Source of the DNA: Calditrichales bacterium
GTDB lineage: Bacteria > Calditrichota > Calditrichia > Calditrichales > J004
DNA: 64,000 bases
Direction of reading: 5' to 3'
Assembly (NCBI GenBank): GCA_965267575.1
Contig: OZ254086.1
Span: 4,160,001 to 4,224,000 of the forward strand
Shown here: positions 10,476-23,000 of the stretch, one piece after another
How positions within the stretch are numbered: position 1 is the stretch's first letter
How the letters are laid out: each line of letters starts with the position of its first letter
The notes under the pieces: model-generated
Seen by the model: only the letters and a program-made list of their open reading frames with translations
What the model was told of the DNA's origin: nothing
The model's database searches: none
Position numbers and translations under genes: made by a program

Positions 10476-10865
10476 ATGAAAAGAAAAAAGATCATTCCCT
10501 ACCGACATGACTTGGTAGAAAAGGCGCGTTATCTGAGAAACAACGCGACATTTTCAGAACGCCTGCTATGGAAACACTTAAAAAAAAGCCAATTGAAGGG
10601 ATATGACTTTGATCGTCAAAAACCCATAGATAAATATATCGTTGATTTCTTTTGTAATGAACTCAGTTTGGCAATTGAAATTGATGGGGATACGCATTTG
10701 AACAAAACAGTTTATGATGCAAAAAGGGAATCGGATTTAGAAAGGCTTGGCATTATAGTTATTCGCTTTGATGGAAAAAGCGTTGTTGAGAATACCGATG
10801 GTGTACTGCAAAAAATCGTATTTGAAATCGAGAAAATTGAAGGTACGGGAAGAACCCATCCCTAG
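10476..10865 (+). CDS. DUF559-family (Vsr/very-short-patch-repair-like) endonuclease domain protein
   Basis: ARYLRNNATFSERLLW, FDRQKPIDKYIVDFFC, LAIEIDGDTH, DAKRESDLERLGIIVIRF pattern. AT-richer than the flanking NRPS genes. Confidence 0.9.
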   Translation: MKRKKIIPYRHDLVEKARYLRNNATFSERLLWKHLKKSQLKGYDFDRQKPIDKYIVDFFCNELSLAIEIDGDTHLNKTVYDAKRESDLERLGIIVIRFDGKSVVENTDGVLQKIVFEIEKIEGTGRTHP

Positions 10866-10883
10866 CCCTTCCCGAGAAGGGAA
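10853..10883 (+). repeat. Third REP-like hairpin repeat copy overlapping the DUF559 stop codon
   Basis: aacccatccctagcccttcccgagaagggaa, with stem cccttc-ccga-gaaggg. Confidence 0.8.
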
Positions 10884-11040
10884 CTGTTTTTGGGGTTAAT
10901 GTAATATGATGGTACAAATACTTTAAATGACAAAATATAATAACACAAACACTGAAATTCTCCCTATAAATCGGGCAAGTTTTTTCGAGAAAAAATTAGT
11001 TTGTGGCTTAATCACGATCCTGGATTTTTAAACTCATAAT

Positions 11041-14000
11041 ATGCCAAATAACACGATTGAAACAGCAGAACAGGAAGTATTCATTTTTCCGACGTCGTTT
11101 GCGCAACGGCGTTTGTGGTTTCTGGACCAGTTTGAGCCGGGAAGTCCCTTTTACAATATCCCGACGGCTGTACGCATAAAAGGCAATCTGGACGTAGACG
11201 CGCTGGCCGATACGATTGATGAAATTGTTTTCCGCCAGGAGTCGTTGCGAACCACGTTTGATTCGGAAAACGGCGAGCCGGTGCAGGTAATCCATCCGGA
11301 AATGACCTGTCCGCTGAAGGTCGTTGATCTGAGCCATCTGGCTGATAAAGAGCGTGACAAAGAAGCGTTGCGCCTGGCCAACAATGAAGCGCGCACGCCG
11401 TTTGATCTTAAAACCGGTCCGCTGTTCCGCTCCACTCTTCTTGTGCTAAGCTCCAATAAGTATATGATGCTGGTTACGATGCATCACATTATCAGCGACG
11501 GCTGGTCGGTTGGTGTGTTTATGCGCGAAGTGGCCGCCATTTACGATGCTTTCAGCCGTGACCAGGATTCTCCCCTGCCGGAGCTCGAAATCCAGTATGC
11601 CGATTTCACCAACTGGCAGCGTGAGTGGCTCAAAGACGATGTACTGGAAAAGCAGCTCGATTACTGGAAGCAAAAGCTTGGCATGAATGTGCCCGTGCTT
11701 GAGCTGCCGACCGACAAGCCGCGACCGGCTGTGCAGTCGTCGCGCGGCGCCACCCTGATGCTCCATATCCCGGAAGAGATCAAGCAGGCGCAACTGCAGC
11801 TTAGCCGCAAAGAAGGTATCACGCCGTTCATGAGTTATCTGACTGCCTTCTACATGCTGCTGCAACGCTGGTCTTCGCAGGAAGATATCTGCGTGGGTAC
11901 GCCCATCGCCAACCGCACCCAACGCGAAACCGAAGCCATCATCGGCTTTTTTGTGAATACGCTGGTCCTGCGCAACGACCTTTCCGGCGACCCCTCTTTC
12001 CGCGAGTTGGGGCAGCGGGTGCGCAAGATGACCCTGGATGCCTATGCCCATCAGGACCTGCCATTTGAAATGCTGGTGGAAACGGTACAGCCGGAACGCA
12101 GCATGAGCCACAGTCCGCTTTTCCAGGTAATGTTTATCCTGCAAAATGCCACCGGCGGCGGTGCGGCACAACAAGACGGCAACGGCCAGAGCGACATCAT
12201 CATGGAGCAGGTGCAGGTCGATGCCGGCACATCCACTTTTGACTTAACAATATCCCTTTCCGAGCAGAATGACGGCATCAGTGCCTCGCTCGAGTTTTGC
12301 ACCGACCTGTTTGAAAAAGAAACGATGGAGCGTTTCCTGCGCCAATACAGGGAAATGCTGCGCCAGACAGCAGCGAACCCCGACACCGCCCTTTCAGCAA
12401 TCGACTTTTTGGATGAAGATGAGAAAAACAAAATCCTGGTTGAGTGGAACAATACGGACGCGCAGTACGACCATCATATCTGCATGCACACGCTGGTGGA
12501 AGCGCACGCCGACCGGGAGCCGAACAGCATTGCCGTGGCTTACCGCGGGACATACCTCAGTTATGCTGAACTAAACAGCCGCGCCAACAAACTGGCCCGT
12601 TACCTGCGTGACAAAGGCGTGGGTGTTGAAATCCCTGTTGGGATTGTTCTGGAAAAATCGCCGGACCTGATGGTGGCCGTGCTGGCCGTCCTCAAATCCG
12701 GCGGTGGCTACGTGCCAATGGACCCCGATTATCCGCAGGATCGCCTGGCCCACATGATAAGCGATTCGGCCACGCCGTTACTGATAACCCGTGAAGAACT
12801 GTTGCCGCGTCTGCCGGAAAATAATGCTGAGATCATCTGCCTCGATAAAGAGGACGATGCCATCAGCAGCTACGACGGCAGTAACCCGAAGCCGCTCAGC
12901 GGTCCGCACAACATGGCTTACATGATCTATACCTCCGGCACGACCGGCCAGGCCAAAGGTACGATTATCAGCCATAAAAGCTGGGTAAACAGCTACTTCG
13001 CCTGGGAAAACGCCTATGAGCTTAAAACGCGCTGCCGCTCACACCTGCAAATGGCCAACTTCTCTTTTGACGTTTTTGCCGGCGACACCATCCGCGCCCT
13101 TGGCTCCGGCGGCAAGATGACCCTGATCCCGCGCGACATCCTGCTGAACGCCGGGCAGCTTTATGAACAAATACTCAAAGAAAAGGTGACGATCGCTGAA
13201 TTCGTGCCGGCAGTTCTGCGCAACCTCGTGGCACACCTGGATGAGATCGGCAAAGACCTGAGCTTTATGCGCTGCCTCATCGCCGGCTCCGACGCCTGGT
13301 ATGTGGGCGAATACCAGCAGTTTCTGGATTATTGCGGCCCCGAAACAAGACTGATCAACTCTTTTGGCCTGACTGAAGCGTCCATCGATACGACATATTT
13401 TGAAGCAGCCGGGCTAAATCTTCCAAAGGACCGCCTCGTGCCCATTGGACGGGTATTTTCAAAAATGAGCGTCTACATTGTGGATGCCAACCTGCGTCCG
13501 CAGCCCATCGGCGTTCCCGGCGAGATCTGCGTCGGCGGCGAAGGTCTGGCACGCGGCTACCACAAAAGGCCGTCGCTTACCGCGGAAAAATTCGTGCCCA
13601 ATCCTTTTGCGGCGCAGAACGGCGAGCGCATGTACCGCACCGGCGACCGCGGCCGTTTCCTTAACGACGGCAACATTGAATTCCTTGGCCGCATGGACCA
13701 CCAGGTAAAATTGCGCGGATTCCGGATTGAGCTGGGTGAGATTGAATCCAGCCTGGGCCGCCACAAGCAGGTGGAGCAATGCGCCGTGATCGTGCGCGAA
13801 GATACGCCCGGCGATAAGCGCCTGGTGGCCTACTTTGTCCCGGAAGATCCGCAGCAACAGCCCGACCGCATGGAGCTGCGCCGCTTTCTGCTGGAAAAGC
13901 TGCCCGACTACATGGTGCCCAATGCCTTTGTTACCATCCAAAAAGTTCCGCTTACACCCAACGGCAAGGTGGATCGCAAGGCCCTGCCCCGGCCCGATGC

Positions 14001-17000
14001 TTCGGCGTTTGGCTCCGAGGCCGAATATGTCGCGCCGCGATCCGAAGATGAGAAAAAGCTAGCCGGTATTTATGCCGAAGTGCTCAAGCTTGAGAAAGTC
14101 GGCGTAACCAGCAACTTCTTTGACCTGGGCGGACACTCGCTTTTGGCTACGCAGCTTGTTTCGCGCATCCGCGACGCTTTTGACATGGATATCCCTCTGC
14201 GCAATATTTTTGAATTTCCCACGATTGCCGCGCTGGCCGAACGGCTGGAAATTGCCCGTCGCGGACAAACCGGCGTGCAGGCACCGCCGATAATGGCGGT
14301 ATCACGCCAACAGCAACTGCCGCTTTCCTTCAGTCAGCAACGCCTGTGGTTCCTGGAGCAGCTTGCACCGGGCACGGCCAATTACAACATCCCCGAAGCG
14401 GCACGTATACGCGGTACACTGGACCCCGCCATACTGCAGCGCTGCCTCGATGCAATTATCGACAGGCATGAAAACCTGCGCACCAATTTTGAAAATGACA
14501 ACGGCCAACCACGACTGGTTATCCACGATGAGCGGCAACTGCCCATAGAGTTTTTTGATTTGCGTGATATCGCCAAAGCCGCGCGTGAAGAAAAAGCCAT
14601 GGAGATCGCCCGCTCCTTTGCCCGCACGGTGCTTAACCTGGCGGAAGGACCGCTTATGCGCGCCGGTCTGGTTCAGCTGGCCGACCGGGAATTCTTCTTC
14701 CTGCTCACCAGCCACCACATCATTTCCGACGATTGGTCGACGCAGGTGTTTATCCGCGAGCTGGCCGTACTTTACGACGCCTATAGCAATGATGAGAAAC
14801 CGGCCTTGCCGCCGTTGCCGGTTCAATATGCCGATTTTGCCCATTGGCAGCAAAACTGGCTCAGCGGCGAAATACTTGACGCTCAGTTAAACTACTGGAA
14901 GGAAACGCTGAGCGAGACACCGGCCGTGCTGGAACTGCCGACGGATAAACCGCGGCCACGGGTGCAATCGATAAACGGCGATTATAAAACATTTTACCTG
15001 ACCGCGGAGCAGTCCGAACGTGTAAGCCGCTTTACACGGGACCACGGCGCAACCATGTTTATGACCCTGATGGCGGTTTTTGAAGCGCTGCTTTACCGCT
15101 ACAGCGCCCAGGAACGATTTAACGTGGGTACGCCCATCGCCAACCGCAACCGCGCCGAAGTGGAGCCCTTGATCGGCTTTTTTGTCAACACGCTGGTGAT
15201 GAACGCCGACCTGCGTGGTGAGCCCACTTTTCTTGAACTGTTGCAGCGTGTGCGGGAAACCGCTTTAGGCGCTTACGCCCATCAGGACCTGCCCTTTGAA
15301 AAGATCGTTGATGCCCTGCATCTGGAGCGCGACCTCAGCCGTTCGCCGCTGTTCCAGGTGATGTTTGTGCTGCAAAGCGCTGCCCCCACGGAGAGTAACG
15401 CCGGTGATCGTGAAAGTGAGTTGGAAATATCGCCCATCGAATCACACATGGGCACGTCAAAGTTTGATCTTACCCTGTTTATGGTGGATGATGGCAAACA
15501 GCTCTCGGGCGCGCTGGAATACAACACCGACCTGTTTGGAGAACAAACGATTTCGCGTCTGCTGCAATATTTTGAACGCCTGCTGATGGCGGTTGTCAGC
15601 CAACCGCACAGGCGGATTGAATCCATCCCGCTGACGACGCCCGCCGAGACCGATGCCCTTTTGCAGACCCTTAACCACACCTGGCAAGCGCAGCCTTTGC
15701 CTTTTGGCCACGTTCTGGATATGCTCGCACAAAACGCACAAACCTACGCTGAAAAAACGGCCCTTGTCTTTGGCGATGAAGAAATTTCCTACGACGAACT
15801 GAACCGCCGCTCCAACCGTCTCGCCCATTATCTGCTGGCCAATGGCGCCGGGCCGGACATGCTGATCGGGCTCTGTTTTGAGCGCCACCCGCAGATGGTG
15901 TTGGCCTTGCTGGCCGTGCTCAAAGCCGGCGCAGCCTATGTGCCGCTGGACCCGGCTTATCCGCAGGAGCGCCTGGCCTACATGATCGGTGACAGTGGCA
16001 TGAAGCTGCTACTGGCACACGACGCCACGGTAGGGAAACTGCCGCAAACCCAAAATGTAGCGCTGCTGAATGTGGACGATCTGAACGAAACAGTGCAAAA
16101 GCAGCCGGACGGCAACCCCGCTGTTGCGATCGACGCGCAGCATTTGGCTTATATGATTTATACGTCAGGTTCGACGGGCCGGCCAAAGGGCACGATGATT
16201 TCTCACGGCGGGTTAATACACTATTTGAGCTGGACAAAACAGGCCTATCCGCTGGATGAGGGGCGCGGTTCGCTGCTGCATTCGACGATCGCTTTTGATG
16301 CCACGGTGACGGCGTTATACACGCCGCTTCTGACCGGCAAAAGCATCACGCTGGCCGCTGCCGATGACGATTTGCAGGCACTGGGAAATACGTTGGTCAG
16401 GCATGGCGATTTCAACGTTGTCAAGATCACGCCGGCGCATCTGGACCTGCTGAGTCATCAGCTTGAACCCGCTCAGGCCGCGGGCTTAACGCGCGCATTT
16501 GTGATCGGCGGGGAGAACCTGGATGCCGCGCAGATCGCCTTCTGGCGCAAGCACGCGCCGCGGACGCACCTGTTTAACGAGTACGGTCCTACCGAAACAG
16601 TAGTAGGCTGCGTCGTGTTCGACGCCCGCGCTTGGGACGGCGCCGGTTCGGTGCCCATTGGCCGCGCCATTCCGGGCAGCCCGGTGTATGTTTTGGACGC
16701 GCAGATGCAGCCTTTGCCGCCGGGCGTACCGGGCGAGCTGTACATCGGCGGGAACGGTGTGGCGCGCGGCTATCATGGGCGTGCCGCGCTTACGGCCGAT
16801 CGTTTTGTGCCCGATCCGTTTTCCGGGCAGCCCGGGGCGCGCATGTACAAAACGGGCGACCTGGTGCGCTGGCTCAACAGCGAGCAACTGATCTTCCTCG
16901 GCCGCATCGACGAGCAGGTAAAAATCCGCGGCTACCGCATTGAGCTGGGGGAAATTGAGGCCGCGCTGGCAGAATTGAAAGGTGTGCGCGACAGCGTCGT

Positions 17001-20000
17001 GATGGTGCGCGAAGATGTCCCCGGCGACAAGCGTCTGGTGGGATACGTGGTTGCGGACGATGGAGAAAAACTCAACACCGGAAAACTGCGCGATGCCCTT
17101 AAAAAATCACTGCCGGAGTACATGGTGCCGGCGGCTATTGTTGCAATCGACGCCATACCATTGACAGCCAACGGAAAGGTTGACCGCCGCGCCCTGCCCA
17201 AACCGGAATTGGACCGCGACGCGCTACAGGCCGAGTTTGTGGCACCGCAAAGTGACGATGAAAAACGTATGGCTGCGATCTGGCAGGAGTTGCTGGGCCA
17301 CGAAAAAATCGGCCTGAACGATAATTTCTTTGAAATGGGCGGGCACTCGTTGCTTGCGACGCAGCTTATGGCGCGCATCCGTGACCGTTTTGACGCGGAG
17401 CTCCCGCTGCAGGAGCTTTTTGAAGCGCCCACCATCAGTCAGTTACTGCCACGCTTGGAAATTGCCGGTCAGCAGGAACAAATCAAGCGTCCGCCGCTGC
17501 AGCCCGTTGATCACGGTGGCGATATTCCATTGTCTTTCAGCCAGCAAAGGCTGTGGTTTTTGGATCAGCTTAACCCGGGCAGCCCCAACTACAACATCCC
17601 CAGCGCCTTTCGCGTAGAAGGCGCGCTTGATCTGGAGATCCTGCAGCGTGTTGTTAATGAAATCATCGATCGCCATGAGGTTTTGCGCAGCCGTTTTGAA
17701 AGTGTGGCCGGCAAACCGAGGGTTATCGTTGCGAAAAAAATAGATTACAACATTCCGGTTCAGGATTTAAGCACGCTTTCGAATGCCGGGCAGGAAGAGC
17801 GCGTGCGCAATCTGGCCGGACGTGATGCCGTGACCCCGTTTGAATTGGATAAAGCACCCCTGTTCCGTGCGCGCGTTTTCAAACTGGGTGCGCGTGAATA
17901 TGTCATTTTGCTCAACATGCACCACATCATCTCCGACGGCTGGAGCACCTCCGTGATGCTGCGCGAGATCGCTGTATTATACGACGCCTTTTTGAATGGC
18001 CGACCGTCACCGCTTGATCCGTTGCCTGTGCAATACAGCGATTACGCCGCCTGGCAGCGCTCCTGGCTGAAAGATGATGTGCTGCGAAAACAGCTCGATT
18101 TCTGGAAAGAAAAACTGGGTCAGGACCCGCCGCCGCTGGATATGCCGACCGATTTCCCAAGACCGCCCGTGCAGACTTTTAACGGAGCCGTCGTTTCCGC
18201 CGAGCTGGACAAAGAGCTTTTTGCAAAGGTGAACGAAATCTCCGGCCGCCACAAAGCGACGCCTTTTATGGCGCTGCTGGCCGCATGGCAGGTGTTACTG
18301 CACAAATACAGCGGACAAGATGACATCTACGTAGGCTCGCCCATCGCCAACCGCACCCATTCGGAAACGGAAGCGCTGATCGGCTTTTTTGTTAACACGC
18401 TGGTGCTGCGGGCTTCGCTGGATGGCGCCATGACCTTTGACGAAATCGTGCAACAGGTACGCGCCTTTACGCTTGGCGCCTATGCCCACCAGGATGTGCC
18501 CTTTGAGCAGCTTGTGGATGAATTGACCACGGAGCGCAGCATGAGCCGATCGCCGCTGTTCCAGGTGATGTTTGTGCTGCAGAATCAGGACAATCGTAAC
18601 GGCGTTGAGCTTCCTTCATTGCAGATTAAGCCGCTTGGCGCAGATGCCCAGACCGCCAAATTCGACCTGACCCTGATGATCATCGATTCCGGCGATGGTT
18701 TTTATGCCGAGCTGGAGTATAACACCGACCTGCACCGCGAAGAAACAGCGCAACGATTGCTGAAGCATTACCGGCAGCTTCTTGCAAATCTGCTTGAAAA
18801 CGCTGCTGTACCTTTGGGGCAGATTGTTTTAACGGATGATGAAGAGACAAAGCAGGTCACCCGCGGCTGGAATGAGACAGACCGAAAATATCCGTCGAAC
18901 AAATGCGCCCACACCTGGTTTGAACAAGTAGCCGAAAAATATAGCTCCAAAGAAGCGCTGATTTTCGAAGAACAATCACTGACATTTGCGGAATTGAACA
19001 CGGCCGCCAACAGGCTGGCCCATTTCCTGCTTCAAAAAGGGGTTACGCCGGAAAGCTATATCGGTATCTCGCTGCAGCGTTCGCCGCGCATGGTAATCGC
19101 GCTGCTGGCAGTGTTGAAAGCCGGCGCCGTTTACGTGCCCATTGATCCGGCCTATCCGCAGGAGCGCATAAGCTATATTCTGGATGATGCCGGCATGGCA
19201 CTGCTATTGACCGATGGCAGTATCGAAGCACCCGCCGCCGCGGAAACGATCAATCTGCGTGAATTGGATACATCTGACCTGCCTCAAGGAAATCCGTCAG
19301 TTAACGTTTCGCCGGAGAACCTGGCTTACATGATTTATACATCCGGCTCCACGGGCCGGCCCAAAGGCACCATGGTGCGCCACCGCGGCCTGTGCAACCT
19401 CAGCGCCTTCCAGATCCGCGATTTTGAGCTGGACGACACCTGCCGCTGCCTGCAGTTTGCCAGCTTTAGTTTTGATGCTTCGGTCTCCGAAATTTTTACA
19501 ACACTGCTCAGCGGGGCTACCCTTATTCTGGGCAGCAAAGATCAGCTTATGCCCGGCCCCGGGCTGGTGCGTCTGTTAAAGGAGCGGGCGGTCACAACCG
19601 TGACCCTGCCGCCGTCGGTAAGCAGTGTTTTGCGGGATGAAGAGTTTCCCGATCTGCGCGTGCTTGTTTCCGCCGGAGAAGCTTTGCCGCCGGAACTGGC
19701 CAACCACTGGCGCAAAGGGCGTCGCTTGCTGAATGCCTACGGCCCGACTGAAAACACGGTCTGCGCCAGCAGTTTTGTGGTGGAAAATAAAATACAAGAT
19801 TCCGCCGTGCCTATCGGAAGGCCCATTGCCAACGTGCAGCTTTATGTCGTGGATGCGTTTCTGAATCCGCTGCCCGCAGGCGTGCCCGGGGAGTTGTGTA
19901 TTGCCGGTGACAGCCTTGCCCGCGGTTACCACAACAAGCCTGATCTGACGGCTGAAAAATTTGTGCCCAATCCTTTCAGTGAAAAACCGGGAGCACGCAT

Positions 20001-23000
20001 GTACCGCAGCGGTGACCGCGCGCGCTGGCTGGCCGACGGGACGCTGGAATTCCTGGGCCGCATCGACGAGCAGGTGAAGCTGCGCGGTTTCCGCATTGAG
20101 CCGGGCGAGATTGAGCACGTGCTGCGTGAAGATGAAACCGTGCAGGACGCTTTGGTGATGGTGCGCGAAGACCGGCCCGGCAACCCGTTGCTTTGTGCGT
20201 ATGTCATTTCGCAGGCTGAGACATCCGCGGAATTCCTGGAAGGATTGTGCCGCAGGCACCTGACGGACTACATGGTTCCACAAGCTTTTATATTTATTGA
20301 TGCCTTCCCGCTGACACCCAACGGCAAAATCGATAGACGCGCCCTGCCCGCTCCGCAACGTGACCGCGCACGCAGCAGCGCCGAATTTGTGGCCCCACGC
20401 AATGAGGCTGAGGAAAAACTGGCCGCCATCTGGCGTGACGTGCTGGGCGTTGAAAAAATCGGTATTTACGATAGCTTCTTTGAACTGGGCGGACATTCGC
20501 TTCTTGCCACGCAGGTGATTTCACGCATCCGCAGCGAGCTGGATGCTGTGCTGGAACTGCGCCAGCTATTTGAACAACCGACGATCGCCGCTTTGATGCC
20601 GCAAATTGAGCTGGCAGCGGCCCAGACACGGCATAATGAGCCGATACCCAAAGCTGACCGCGACAAGCCTTTAGCGCTTTCCTATGCCCAGCAGCGTCTC
20701 TTTTTCCTGGATCACCTGACGCCGGACAACCCGACCTACAACATGCCTTCGGCGCTGCGCCTGAAAGGCCGGCTGGATCAGGGGGCTTTCCGCGAAGCGC
20801 TGAACAGACTGGTAAAACGTCATGAATCGTTGCGTACCACATTTACGATGGAAGACGGTGAGCCGCGACAAGTCATTCAACAAAATACGCAGGCGGACCT
20901 GGATGAAGTGGATCTAACCCACCTTGCCAAAGAAGAGCGCGAACAGGAGGCGCGGGAACTGGCACAGGATGACGCGCTCCAGCCCTTCAACCTGGAAAAA
21001 GGCCCGCTTTTCCGCGCACGCCTGATCCGTCTGCATGAAGACGATCACCTGTTGCTGTTTAATATGCACCACATTATTTCCGACGGCTGGTCGGTGACAG
21101 TGCTCATCCGCGAATTCAGCATGCTGTATGACGCCATCAGCCAGGGTGCGGACGTGCAGCTTGGGCCGCTGGAAGTTCAGTATGCCGATTTTGCCCAGTG
21201 GCAGCGCGGCTGGCTGAGCGGAGAAGAGCTGCAGCGCCAGACGCAATACTGGAAAAAAGAGATCGGTATAAATCCCGAACCGCTGGAACTGCCTCTTGAT
21301 CATCCGCGGCCGGCCGTGCAAACCACAAACGGCGCCAGCCTGGAAATGCATATTGATGCCGGCATCGCCAACCGGCTAAAAGAAATAAGCCGCGAGAACG
21401 GCGCTACACTTTACATGACGCTTTTGGCAGCTTTTCAGTCGTTGCTGCACAAATACAGCGCCCAGGATAACATTCTCGTCGGTTCGCCGATTGCCAACCG
21501 CACGCGCAAAGAAACAGAAAAAATCATCGGATTTTTTGTAAATACCCTGGTGCTTAAGGCCCGCTTTGATGACGACCCGGATTTTCAAGGATTGCTTGGC
21601 CAGGTCCGCCAAACAACGCTGAACGCCTACGCGCACCAGGACCTGCCCTTTGAGCAGCTTGTCGAAACACTGCAGCCTGAACGCGACATGAGCCATTCAC
21701 CGATTTTCCAGACCATGTTTGTCTGGCAAAATACGCCGGGTATCAGCAATGCCACGGGCTTTGGCGACCTGACAATCGAACCCGTTGAGGCGGAAAGCAA
21801 AACGGCGAAGTACGATCTGTCGCTGATCATGATGGAAGAGGGTGAAGGTCTGCTGGCCGAATTTGAGTACAACAGTGACCTTTTTGAACCGGCCACTATC
21901 CGGCGCATGCAGCGTCATTTTAACGCATTGCTTGGCTGGATTTGCGAAAACCGTGAACGTCCGCTGAGCCGCTTTGAGCTGGCCGGGGAAGAAGACAAAA
22001 AACAGATCGCCGCCTGGAATGAAACCGCCGTTGCCCTGCCCCGCGTTGAATCGGTGATCGGGCTTTTCGAGCAGCGGGTAACTCAAACACCCAAAGCGAC
22101 GGCCATCGTTTTTGAGAAGGAAAAACTGACCTTTTTCGAGCTTAACCGGAAAGCCAACGCATTGGCCTGGTCATTAAAAGATCGGGGTGTGCAAGCGGAA
22201 ACGCTGGTCGGCATTTCATTAAAACGATCACCGCAAATGGTGATTGGCCTGCTGGCTGTGATGAAAGCGGGCGGCGTCTACGTGCCTATCGATCCCGACT
22301 ATCCGGCGGAGCGTAAACGCTACATTATGGAAGATGCCGGCATTAGCCTTCTGCTTGGCGATGGTACAATCGACCCAAAAGATGTGGCCGATACTGTACA
22401 CATATTGAACGTTTCCGATAATAGCGCCGGTGGCCGCACGGAGAATCCGCCGGCCGGACAGAAAGCAGAGAACCTGGCCTACATGATCTACACATCGGGC
22501 TCCACGGGCAGACCCAAAGGCACCATGGTGACACATAAGGGCCTTATAAACCTGACCCTTGAGCAAATCAAGGATTTTCGCCTGGATGAAAAGAGCCGCT
22601 GTCTGCAGTTTGCCTCATTCAGTTTTGACGCCTCCGTTTCCGAGATTTTCACTACGCTGGTCAGCGGCGCCACGCTTTACCTGCTGCCGCGGGAAGTTAT
22701 TCTTTCAGGCAGCGGGCTGGTAAAATCATTAAAGCAGGAAAGAATCACCACCATCACCCTGCCGCCGTCGCTGCTGGCGGTGCTTAAAGACGAGGAATTG
22801 CCGCACCTGACGTCGCTGGTTTCTGCCGGCGAGGCGCTGCCCGCTGACCTGGCGCGGCAATGGTGCAAAGGGCGCCATATGCTCAATGCTTACGGGCCTA
22901 CTGAAAACACCGTTTGTGCTTCACGCTTTTTTATCGGCGATCGCTTTGACGGCAGGCGTGTGCCCGTTGGCCGTCCCATCGGCAATGTGCAGCTGTACGT

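Noticed and set aside
10476..10865. DUF559 gene as an NRPS tailoring enzyme
   Set aside because: Nuclease-like motifs, different base composition and flanking repeats point to an insertion.
585..16961. The 1.3-kb repeat as an IS or transposon
   Set aside because: Both copies are in-frame A-domain coding sequence with no terminal repeats or transposase.
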